A stretch of DNA of 55,674 bases, counting the filler, from Nitrospirae bacterium CG2_30_53_67 (lineage in GTDB: Bacteria; CG2-30-53-67), in the NCBI GenBank assembly GCA_001873285.1. It is 5 parts of 5 records of this genome, joined end to end, with 100 filler letters (N's around TTAATTAATTAA, not from the genome) between each part and the next. Parts side by side here need not be neighbours in the genome. Positions count along the whole stretch, not along the records: positions 8,576 to 16,956 come from MNYV01000158.1; positions 17,057 to 32,138 come from MNYV01000157.1; 3 more parts are not named here. The stretch is one strand, 5' to 3'. The position numbers were made by a program, and so were the translations under genes. A model generated the notes under the pieces. It ran no database searches and was not told where the DNA came from. It was given only the letters and a program-made list of their open reading frames with translations. Of the stretch, positions 8,740-17,058 are shown piece after piece. Numbering within the stretch: position 1 is the first letter of the stretch; each line of letters starts with the position of its first letter.

Positions 8740-8830
8740 GGGTTCCGCACTCCGGCAGCTTTTCATGAACAGCAGAGAAACCCACGACTCGGCGCCGGCG
8801 CCCGACAGGTCCGGCGCCGAAGGCGTGGGA

Positions 8831-8875
8831 GAGCCCAGGAATGTATGCCCGGCAGGGCGAGGGGGCTTTTTTTTT
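8831..8875 (+). terminator. Rho-independent terminator
   Basis: GAGCCC...GGGCTT stem with inner GCCC-GGCA-GGGC hairpin, followed by a T9 run. Confidence 0.55.
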
Positions 8876-8986
8876 GCAGGGGAACATTAGGTTATGAAAA
8901 TATTCGAGATTGTTGTTATACTGGAATTTATTTTGTTGAGCTGTTATGATTCCTGAGTTTATTGGTTTGAACTATCATGACCCTAA

Positions 8987-9148
8987 GTGGTCCTGTTCGT
9001 AAATAGGGTGACGTACCGAGAGGGTCGTAGGGCGGTTTCATCAAGGCACGCGACTGAGGCGTACCCCTCTGGTACACCGCAAGGAGCGTAACGCCGATGA
9101 GACCGCCCTACGGCACTCGAATACCACCGTATTTATGAATAGGGCCAC
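8987..9148 (+). mobile_element. 162-bp MITE, copy 1 (TIR GTGGTCCTGTTCGTAAATA/TATTTATGAATAGGGCCAC, TAA duplication)
   Basis: Terminal inverted repeats and TAA on both flanks (8984-8986, 9149-9151). Near-identical copies at 14783-14944 and 36287-36448. Confidence 0.85.
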
Positions 9149-9178
9149 TAAGGACTGTTTACAAAGGAGCGGGATCGT

Positions 9179-9661
9179 ATGAAAAAAATAGTTTTCTATC
9201 TCATGACGATGAGCTTAGCTGTGCTGTTCGCCATACCCTTATATGCGGGAAGTGACTCAAGCGCAGGTTCCGGACCGGCGTCGCCTTCGGGCGTCACCGC
9301 GCCGGGAACCATCCTGCTCGACTCTCTCAGCCGAATCTATGAGCCTGTGAATTTCAATCATGAGATGCACACCTCCATTGCCGAGCACTGTTCCCAGTGC
9401 CACCACCAACACCCTTCCGCTAAGGAGGTGACGTGCATGGAGTGCCACTCCCTCACGGCATCGGATTTTAAGAAATCCGCAGCAACCGGTTTCATCGCGT
9501 GCAGGAGCTGCCATGAGGCCATCGATCCGGCCCAGCCCAACATGCCCGGGCTGAAGGCGGCGTACCATCGCGCCTGTTTCCGGTGTCACAGGGATATGGG
9601 GGATGCAGGATTGGACCCCCAGAGTTGTTCCATGAAATGTCATGCCAAAAAGAAAGGATAA
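9179..9661 (+). CDS. Periplasmic cytochrome c3-family protein (~5 hemes)
   Basis: Signal peptide, PVNFNHEMH, CSQCHH, CMECH, CRSCH, CFRCH, CSMKCH, PGLKAAYH. Confidence 0.88.
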   Translation: MKKIVFYLMTMSLAVLFAIPLYAGSDSSAGSGPASPSGVTAPGTILLDSLSRIYEPVNFNHEMHTSIAEHCSQCHHQHPSAKEVTCMECHSLTASDFKKSAATGFIACRSCHEAIDPAQPNMPGLKAAYHRACFRCHRDMGDAGLDPQSCSMKCHAKKKG

Positions 9662-9665
9662 AGCC

Positions 9666-10598
9666 ATGAGTTTAGACCGCAGACAATTTTTAAAAACCGT
9701 CTCTTTGCTCACGGGATCAGCCGTTCTCGGCCCGTACACCAGGGCGCTCGCCTCCGAGGAATTTCATGGATGGCCCGACCGTTACGGAATGTTGACCGAT
9801 TTCACCGAATGTGTGGGCTGCCGTTCCTGCGAAAAGGCCTGCAATGAGGTGAATCATCTGCCGCAGCCTGAGGTTCCGTTTGACGACAAGTCGGTTTTTG
9901 AGACGATGAGGCGGCCCACGGCCCATGCCTACACCGTGGTCAACCGCTATGATCATCCCAAGGATCCGGGCAAACCTATTTACCGCAAGGTACAATGCAA
10001 TCACTGCAATGAGCCGGCCTGCGCCTCGGCCTGTCCGATTCATGCCTACACCAAGACACCGGAAGGCCCGGTGATGTATAATGAAGATCTTTGTTTCGGC
10101 TGCCGGTATTGCATGATCGCCTGCCCCTTCTATGTGCCGGCTTACGATTATTCAAGCGCTTTTGAGCCCAAGATCGTGAAGTGCGTCATGTGCTATGACC
10201 GGATCAAGGAGGGAAAGATTCCCGGGTGCGCAGAGGCCTGTCCCACGCAGGCCGTGACCTTCGGGAAGAGAAGCGATCTCCTCAAACTGGCGGGAGAAAA
10301 GATCGCGAAGAACCCGGACCGCTATATTGATCATATCTACGGTGAGAGGGAAGCCGGCGGGACCGGGTGGCTTTACATCTCCGGCGTTCCCTTTGAGCAG
10401 CTCGGCTTCCCAGCCGATCTTCCTGAGAAACCCATGGTTGAGGAGGTGAAGGGGTTCCTCTCGTCCGTGCCGGTGGTCTTTACGGTCTGGCCGGCGCTCT
10501 TCGGGAGCATCTATGCCGCCTCCCGCCATCATGAGGAATACACCAGGGAAGAGGCGCAGCATCAAGCCAAAGAGGGGGAGGAAAAAAATGAATCCTAA
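9666..10598 (+). CDS. Tat-exported 4Fe-4S dicluster protein (HmcB/HybA/NrfC-like)
   Basis: DRRQFLK twin-arginine signal, CVGCRSCEKAC, CNHCNEPACASACP, CFGCRYCMIACP, KCVMC...CAEACP, C-terminal TM helix. Confidence 0.9.
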   Translation: MSLDRRQFLKTVSLLTGSAVLGPYTRALASEEFHGWPDRYGMLTDFTECVGCRSCEKACNEVNHLPQPEVPFDDKSVFETMRRPTAHAYTVVNRYDHPKDPGKPIYRKVQCNHCNEPACASACPIHAYTKTPEGPVMYNEDLCFGCRYCMIACPFYVPAYDYSSAFEPKIVKCVMCYDRIKEGKIPGCAEACPTQAVTFGKRSDLLKLAGEKIAKNPDRYIDHIYGEREAGGTGWLYISGVPFEQLGFPADLPEKPMVEEVKGFLSSVPVVFTVWPALFGSIYAASRHHEEYTREEAQHQAKEGEEKNES

Positions 10599-11838
10599 TG
10601 CAGCGTTGAATAAAAAAGATGACTTCCGATCTTGGTTCTTGAACAAATTATTGATGGGGATGACGTGGCCGGAATATATAAGGCACATGATTACGCCTTT
10701 TAATGTTGCGGCGGCCGTCATCTTAAGCGTGGGCCTTCCCCTGATGGGGCTCCGTTATATTCATGGGCTCGAGGTGGTCACGGATGCATCCAACGAGTAT
10801 CCATGGGGGTTGTTTCTCGGCTGGGGGCTCTTTTCAGGGGTCCCGCTTTCCGCCACCGGTTTTGTCATGGCCACGGCCTATTACATCTTCGGTTTCAAGC
10901 GATACAAACCTCTGGTGCGCCTTGCGGTACTTACGGGTTTTCTGGGATATTTCTTTGCCGTGGTCTATCTGATGACGGATTTGGGGCGGCCCTGGCGGAT
11001 CTACTATCCCATGTTCGTGGGATTCGGCACGGCCTCGGTCCTGTTCTTAGTGGCCTGGCACGTGGCGACCTACCTGACGGTGCAGTTTCTTGAATTCAGT
11101 CCCGCCATCCTGGAGTGGCTCGAGGCCGGGAGAACGCGCAAGTGGGCCATGATGATCACCATCGCCATGACCATCGCAGGGATCATCCTTTCCACATTGC
11201 ATCAATCCGCCCTCGGCGCGCTCTTCCTGCTTGCCCCGGCCAAGATGCACCCGCTCTGGTTCACATCGTATCTGCCGACGTTGTTTCTCGCCTCCAGCAT
11301 CTATGCGGCCTTGGCCATGGTGATCGTGGTCAGCACCCTGGCGGCCGTTTTCCTGAAGAAGAGCGCCGATGATCATTTTCTTGGGAACCTGAACGAGCTG
11401 ACCATCGGTCTCGGCAAAGGAACGAGTATCGGGATCCTGGTCTACCTGGCCCTGAAACTGGTCGCCATGGCTCACGGTGATGCCTGGGGACTCCTGGGCA
11501 CTCCCTATGGCCATTGGTACCTCGTAGAGATCCTGGGGTTTGTGCTCCTGCCCGCGCTGATCCTGGCGGCCGGGGTGAAGAAAGGAAGCCTGGGGCTTGT
11601 CCGGTTCGGCGGTTTTCACGCCGTCATCGGCGTCATCTTGAACCGGATCAATGTCTCCATGGTGGCGTTCAACTGGAAGCTTCCGGATCATCTGCATCAT
11701 ATCATGCCGCACTGGCAGGAGATAGCGGTGGTTCTGTCGATTTTCACCCTTCACATCCTGATTTTCCGCTGGATTCTGGTCCGGATGCCGGTGATCCATC
11801 AGGATCAGGGCTTTAAGCAGGTTGAAAAAAACCACTAA
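10588..11838 (+). CDS. NrfD/PsrC-family integral membrane subunit (HmcC/HybB-like)
   Basis: Polytopic membrane protein with YPWGL, DLGRPWR, LSTLHQSALGALF, KMHPLW, ILNRINVS. Confidence 0.9.
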   Translation: MNPNAALNKKDDFRSWFLNKLLMGMTWPEYIRHMITPFNVAAAVILSVGLPLMGLRYIHGLEVVTDASNEYPWGLFLGWGLFSGVPLSATGFVMATAYYIFGFKRYKPLVRLAVLTGFLGYFFAVVYLMTDLGRPWRIYYPMFVGFGTASVLFLVAWHVATYLTVQFLEFSPAILEWLEAGRTRKWAMMITIAMTIAGIILSTLHQSALGALFLLAPAKMHPLWFTSYLPTLFLASSIYAALAMVIVVSTLAAVFLKKSADDHFLGNLNELTIGLGKGTSIGILVYLALKLVAMAHGDAWGLLGTPYGHWYLVEILGFVLLPALILAAGVKKGSLGLVRFGGFHAVIGVILNRINVSMVAFNWKLPDHLHHIMPHWQEIAVVLSIFTLHILIFRWILVRMPVIHQDQGFKQVEKNH

Positions 11839-11853
11839 GATGTGTAAGATATC

Positions 11854-13299
11854 ATGATGAAGCAATCCGTCCTATCCTTCATGGTGTTCCTCCTGGGCAT
11901 GATGTTCTTCGCATGGGACCGGGTCTCTGCAGAAAATGCTGCAAGCATAGAGGATGCCGGGAAATGCTTGGAGTGTCATGCCCAGCGGGGGGTGGTCAAA
12001 AAATTCGAGAACGGGGAATCCGTAGAAGCCTATATTGACCCGGAGAAATTCGGGTCCTCTGTTCATCATGCCCTCGCCTGTCCGACATGTCATCAGGATT
12101 TTTCCGAGGATCATCACCCCGTCAGACGGTTCAGGAGCAAGAACCAATTCAGGATACAGTCCACTCTGATCTGCCGGCAATGCCACAAGGATGAAGAGAT
12201 CAGGAAAAAATCCATCCATGCCAACCTCTTTCAGCAAGAGCAGCAAGGCGAAGTCCCTCTCTGCACGGACTGCCATACCGCCCATGCCGTCGCGGCCATT
12301 TCCGGCGGCAGGCTCACCGCGAACGAGATGCAGTACTGCCTGAGCTGCCATCAGCATTCCATGAAGCTTCCGTTCAATGACGGTTCAGGGATACCCCTGA
12401 TGGTTGATCGATCCGAATTGTCGGCCTCCGCACACAGCAAACTCGATTGTTCGGACTGCCATTACGGTTTCTCGTCCGAGGAACACCCGCAGAGAAATTT
12501 CAAAACAAGAAGGGACTATTCCATCGCCTCCGCGGATAGCTGCCGGCGATGCCATTTTGACAAGTATACCCAGACCCTGGAAAGCATCTGCCATACCAAG
12601 CAGTCTCAGGGGAACCTGAATACGCCGATCTGCACGGACTGTCACGGATCGCATGCAATCGCCTATGTGAGGATTGAGAAGAACTTCAGCATATTGAGGT
12701 GCCGGAAGTGCCATCCCGATATTTACGACACCTATGCCAAGAGCGTTCACGGCAAGGCGCTTTTCAATGAAGAGAACAGGGATGTGCCTGTGTGTATCGA
12801 CTGTCACAAGGTCCATAACATCAAGAACCCCCTGACCCTGGAATTCCACGAGAGGATTCCCGAGATGTGCAGTAACTGTCATGCCAACAAGGCCATTATG
12901 GGCAAGTACGGGCTCTCCACGGATGTGGTCAAAAGCTACCTGTCGGATTTTCACGGGATGACGCTGGGGCTTTACAAGAAGCAGAGAGAGGCCCTGTCCA
13001 AACCGGCCAGGCCGATCGCGGTCTGCACGGACTGCCACGGGATCCATAATATCAGCAGCACCCATGACATGCCGGCGGCCGTGGTCAAGGAAAATTTACT
13101 GAAACGATGCCAGAAATGCCATCACGACGCCACGGAAAAATTCCAGGATGCATGGCTTTCCCATTACAAGCCGAGTTTATCGAGAGCCCCGCTGGTCTTT
13201 CTCGTGGACTTGGGGTACAAGATCTTTCTCCCCATCCTGCTGGTCGGACTCTTTCTGCAGATCCTTTTGCATATCTGGCGCTATGCCGTGAACCGATAG
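11854..13299 (+). CDS. 13-heme c-type cytochrome with C-terminal membrane anchor
   Basis: Signal peptide, 13 CxxCH motifs counted, C-terminal hydrophobic helix. Confidence 0.9.
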   Translation: MMKQSVLSFMVFLLGMMFFAWDRVSAENAASIEDAGKCLECHAQRGVVKKFENGESVEAYIDPEKFGSSVHHALACPTCHQDFSEDHHPVRRFRSKNQFRIQSTLICRQCHKDEEIRKKSIHANLFQQEQQGEVPLCTDCHTAHAVAAISGGRLTANEMQYCLSCHQHSMKLPFNDGSGIPLMVDRSELSASAHSKLDCSDCHYGFSSEEHPQRNFKTRRDYSIASADSCRRCHFDKYTQTLESICHTKQSQGNLNTPICTDCHGSHAIAYVRIEKNFSILRCRKCHPDIYDTYAKSVHGKALFNEENRDVPVCIDCHKVHNIKNPLTLEFHERIPEMCSNCHANKAIMGKYGLSTDVVKSYLSDFHGMTLGLYKKQREALSKPARPIAVCTDCHGIHNISSTHDMPAAVVKENLLKRCQKCHHDATEKFQDAWLSHYKPSLSRAPLVFLVDLGYKIFLPILLVGLFLQILLHIWRYAVNR

Positions 13300-13314
13300 A
13301 AAACGGGGAATGCG

Positions 13315-14034
13315 ATGACGAACCATCCGGATCAGGAAGGCATGAAGATCAGACGATTCAGCCGAGGGCGCATTGTCGAACACGCCTTGGCCATCGTGGT
13401 GGTGGGGATTCTGGTGATGACCGGCCTTTCGCAGAAATTCTATACCATTGATTTCTCCCAATGGCTCATTCTTAAACTGGGCGGGATCGATAATGTGAGA
13501 TGGTTGCACCGCTGCGCCGGCATGGTCTTTCTGATGCTCATCGTGGTTCATATTTTCGTCGCCATGGTGGGGATCGTGGCCAGGAGATGGCAGCCTTCCA
13601 TGATGATCAACAAGAATGATTTTACCAATGCCATACACAATTTGAAATACTATGTCGGTTTAGAGAAAGCCCCCGCCCAGTTCGACCGTTACGATTTCAA
13701 ACAGAAGTTTGAATACTGGGGGATCCTGGTGGGGGCATTCCTGATGATTTTCTCCGGCCTGATCCTCTGGTTCCCCATCCAGGCGACCCGTTTTCTCCCC
13801 GGTGAGTTTGTCCCGGCCGCCAAGGTTCTGCATACCCATCAGGCCACCCTCATCTTCATCCTGATCGCGATATGGCATATCTATAGCGCCATTTTCAGTC
13901 CGGACGTATTTCCCCTGGATACCAGTATTTTCACGGGGATGATTCCACGCAGGAGAATGGAACTGGAACACCCGCTTGAATTCGCCCGCATGCATGAAGG
14001 AGGAGCGAGAGCGGATGTTTCGAGATCCCCATGA
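13315..14034 (+). CDS. Cytochrome b/b6-domain membrane protein (FdnI/CbcL b-domain-like)
   Basis: RIVEH, LHR, RYDFKQKFEYW, VLHT, IWHIY conserved His pattern, MELEHPLE. Confidence 0.88.
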   Translation: MTNHPDQEGMKIRRFSRGRIVEHALAIVVVGILVMTGLSQKFYTIDFSQWLILKLGGIDNVRWLHRCAGMVFLMLIVVHIFVAMVGIVARRWQPSMMINKNDFTNAIHNLKYYVGLEKAPAQFDRYDFKQKFEYWGILVGAFLMIFSGLILWFPIQATRFLPGEFVPAAKVLHTHQATLIFILIAIWHIYSAIFSPDVFPLDTSIFTGMIPRRRMELEHPLEFARMHEGGARADVSRSP

Positions 14035-14099
14035 TGCGATGCAGGATAAGATGGAAGATCACCGGCCCGTGTGAAGAGACAGGGGGGCTTTCGAGCCGC

Positions 14100-14747
14100 C
14101 TATTTGACCAGCCCTTTCTGAATCGCGAACTTCATCAGAGCCGTGCGTGAACGGATCGAAAGCTTCTCTGAGATGTTGGTCTGATGAGCGATCACGGTTT
14201 TAACGCTGATATTGAGGAGGTCCGCAATCTCCTTGTGGCTGTATCCCTCTCCAATCACCTTGAGGATCTGTTTTTCCCGGTCGGTCAGTTTCTCGTAAGG
14301 GTCCTCCACCTGGACCTCGCCTTTCCTGAGATAGCCGTCTATCACGCCGGCGGTGATGGACGGGTACAAGTACTGTTCTCCCCGCGCCACGGATCGAATG
14401 GCTGAGATCAGGTCCGTACCCACGGCGTGCTTCAGGATATAACCCGAAACGCCGGCCTTCAAGAGACGGCTCACGTATTCCCTGTCGTCATACTGGCTGA
14501 GGATCAGAATGCGGGTATCGGGGCAGGTCTTCCTGATCTCCAGGGTTGCTTCCAAGCCGCCCAGACCCGGCATGGCAATGTCCATGAGGATGATGTCGGG
14601 TTTGAGTTGATAAGCCTTGTCGATGGCCTCCTTGCCGTCGGCCGCCTCGCCCAGAATTTCGATATCCTCATGGAGATTCAACAAGGCCGTGATCCCCTCG
14701 CGCACCAAGGCATGGTCGTCTGCAATCACAATCCTGATCTTCGGCAT
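14100..14747 (-). CDS. NarL/LuxR-family response regulator
   Basis: IADDHALVREG, LMDIAMP, GYILK, LTDREKQIL...IADLLNISVKTV HTH. Confidence 0.93.
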   Translation of the reverse strand: MPKIRIVIADDHALVREGITALLNLHEDIEILGEAADGKEAIDKAYQLKPDIILMDIAMPGLGGLEATLEIRKTCPDTRILILSQYDDREYVSRLLKAGVSGYILKHAVGTDLISAIRSVARGEQYLYPSITAGVIDGYLRKGEVQVEDPYEKLTDREKQILKVIGEGYSHKEIADLLNISVKTVIAHQTNISEKLSIRSRTALMKFAIQKGLVK

Positions 14748-14782
14748 GGTCTGTCCCGGCCTCGTTTAAACCGGAAAGCTTA

Positions 14783-14944
14783 GTGGCCCTATTCATAAAT
14801 ACGGTCGCATTCGAGTGCCGTAGGGCGGCCTCCTCAGCGTTCCGCTCCTTGCGGCGTACCACAAGGGTATACCTCAGTCGCGCGCCTTGATGAGACCGCC
14901 CTACGACCCTCTCGGCACGTTACCATATTTACGAACAGGACCAC
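14783..14944 (-). mobile_element. 162-bp MITE, copy 2 (inverted), between kinase and regulator genes
   Basis: Reverse complement of 8987-9148, with TTA flanks at 14780-14782 and 14945-14947. Confidence 0.85.
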
Positions 14945-15001
14945 TTAGTCCGGTCTCTCCGGTAAAACTATCCAAGTTTTCTCATAGGGTCAAGGAAAAA
15001 A

Positions 15002-16837
15002 TTAAACCGGCACATACACGGTCAGTTGCGTCCCTCTGCCGGGCTGGGAGCAGAGGGTCATCTTGCCGTCCATGAGCGCCACGCGTTCCTGCATCCCCAG
15101 GATGCCGAACCCGCCGGGTCTGTTTCCGGATGTGACCGAACGGCTTACGTTCTGAACATCAAAGCCTTTTCCGTCGTCTTCGATTTCTATTTCCACATAA
15201 GATGAGCGGAACCGCAGGAAGACCAAGACGTTCTTTGCGTCCGCATGTTTGACAATATTGATCATGGCTTCCTGGATGACCCGGAAAAGAAGGAGTTCCA
15301 TCTGACTGCAATCCAGGACCCGTTCAGGAGGTTTCTCAACCTGCTCACAGCTTCCCTCGATGTCCAAAGAATAGTGTATTCCCTTTCCGCCGAGGTGCCG
15401 TTCGAGGATCCAGCGTACGGCGGAATCAAATCCGAGGTCGTCCAGTATGGGCGGGCGCAGATCCTTGATGATGGTATGGAGGCCTTGAAGAGAGAGGACA
15501 CACAGCTCTCTCAACCGCTTGAGTTTCTGCGGGGCGTCTCTATTTTTCTCCCAGGACTGCTGAAAGGCATCCAAAGACATAAGAATCGCGTTCAAGGACT
15601 GGCTTGTATCGTCGTGAAGTTCTCTGGCGATGCGTTTGCGTTCCTCTTCCTCGGCCGTAATGACCCGGCGCAGCAGGACCGAAAGCTTTTCACGGCTTTC
15701 CGCAAGGTCCTTGGTCCGTTTTAGGACCCGCTGTTCCAGTTCCAGATTCTGCCGCTGAATATTTTCATGGGACTCGGCGAGCTTGACTCTCATTCTGTCG
15801 AAGTTTTGGGCGAGCGTCCCGACTTCGTCCTTGCCGGCAGCCTCGATCGGTTCAGAGAGGTTCCCCGCGCCGATCTTGCGGGCGGCCTCGGTCAGGGCCT
15901 TCAAGGGTTTGACGATGCTTCTGCTGAGGCCCACGACGAGGAGCAAAGAAGTGCCGATGGCGATCAGGCTGAGACTGAAAAAGCCCTTCTTCAAAAGGGT
16001 GGAAGGCGCGAAGACGATTTCCTGCGGTTCACGAATGGTGATCCCCCACGAAGCGATGGATAAAGGGGCGAAGGCCAGGATGTCCTGGGTCTTCTCTTCA
16101 TGACGCTCTTCTTCGGTATGACACCGATGGCATACGCCCACGGAGCTTTTTCTTTCAGCGATCAGGTTGCTCAGGAACATGTTGTGGTCGCTGCACGTCA
16201 GAATCCGTTCCTGTTTGTTGGACGAGATGATAATCCCATGGCTGTCCACAAGTTCGATCACCGTACTTTGATCCGCGGGAACGGATTTCAGGACCTGGGT
16301 GAAAAGATAATTTGTGGGATTGATCTCTCCACCGGCGGCGCCGATGAAATCCCCGTTCTTGTTTTTCAGAGGGACCAAGGCAAAAATGACCTTTTTCTGG
16401 GTGGGTTCCATGGTGTAGACATCGGAGATGTAGGGCCGTTTGTCGGAAAGCGTCTTGCTGACGTCGGTGATGCTCAGGAGATTGATATTGCCGCTTTCCT
16501 GATGGGGGTAGGTCAGCACCACATTCCCGTAGATGTCGAGGAGGAAGATTCTGTCCGTGAAGATGGAATATTCATAGGCCGTCTTGATCGCCTTTTTCTC
16601 CGGATCCCAATCATCGTCTTCAAAGTCTATTCTTCCGGATATGGAAATATCCTGCAGCCTTCGGAGGTTGCTCTCAAGCATATAGTCGATATATTTTCCG
16701 ATAATCTTGGCCAGGGTGAGACGGCTTTCCAGGGACCGCTGGATGCTGTCATTGACGCTGATGGCGCTGATAATACCGAGGCTGATCAGGATGACCAGAA
16801 TGCTCAACGTGATGGAGATGATGATTCTTTTCAGCAT
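15002..16837 (-). CDS. Sensor histidine kinase (Cache-like periplasmic domain with CxxCH, HAMP, HisKA_3, HATPase)
   Basis: Two TM helices flanking a region containing VCHRCH, DEVGTLA (HAMP), ERKRIARELHD, IEDDGKGF, GFGILGM. Confidence 0.92.
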   Translation of the reverse strand: MLKRIIISITLSILVILISLGIISAISVNDSIQRSLESRLTLAKIIGKYIDYMLESNLRRLQDISISGRIDFEDDDWDPEKKAIKTAYEYSIFTDRIFLLDIYGNVVLTYPHQESGNINLLSITDVSKTLSDKRPYISDVYTMEPTQKKVIFALVPLKNKNGDFIGAAGGEINPTNYLFTQVLKSVPADQSTVIELVDSHGIIISSNKQERILTCSDHNMFLSNLIAERKSSVGVCHRCHTEEERHEEKTQDILAFAPLSIASWGITIREPQEIVFAPSTLLKKGFFSLSLIAIGTSLLLVVGLSRSIVKPLKALTEAARKIGAGNLSEPIEAAGKDEVGTLAQNFDRMRVKLAESHENIQRQNLELEQRVLKRTKDLAESREKLSVLLRRVITAEEEERKRIARELHDDTSQSLNAILMSLDAFQQSWEKNRDAPQKLKRLRELCVLSLQGLHTIIKDLRPPILDDLGFDSAVRWILERHLGGKGIHYSLDIEGSCEQVEKPPERVLDCSQMELLLFRVIQEAMINIVKHADAKNVLVFLRFRSSYVEIEIEDDGKGFDVQNVSRSVTSGNRPGGFGILGMQERVALMDGKMTLCSQPGRGTQLTVYVPV

Positions 16838-16956
16838 AATGGGCTAAGTATTTTCCTTTATAGTTGTATTTTAAATTGCATAAGTATACCATTTTATTTG
16901 TTTTGTGAATAGTTGTGTTCTCGTTTATTCGAGCAAGCGATATGGAGAAGTCATTG

Positions 16957-17056
16957 NNNNNNNNNNNNNNNNNNNNNNNNNNNNNNNNNNNNNNNNNNNN
17001 TTAATTAATTAANNNNNNNNNNNNNNNNNNNNNNNNNNNNNNNNNNNNNNNNNNNN
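16957..17056. other. Artificial contig-joining spacer
   Basis: N-run + TTAATTAATTAA + N-run. Confidence 0.98.
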
Positions 17057-17058
17057 CT

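Noticed and set aside
8987..9148. Riboswitch or tRNA upstream of the cytochrome operon
   Set aside because: It has TIRs, a TSD and three dispersed copies in either orientation. No cloverleaf or known aptamer consensus was recognised.
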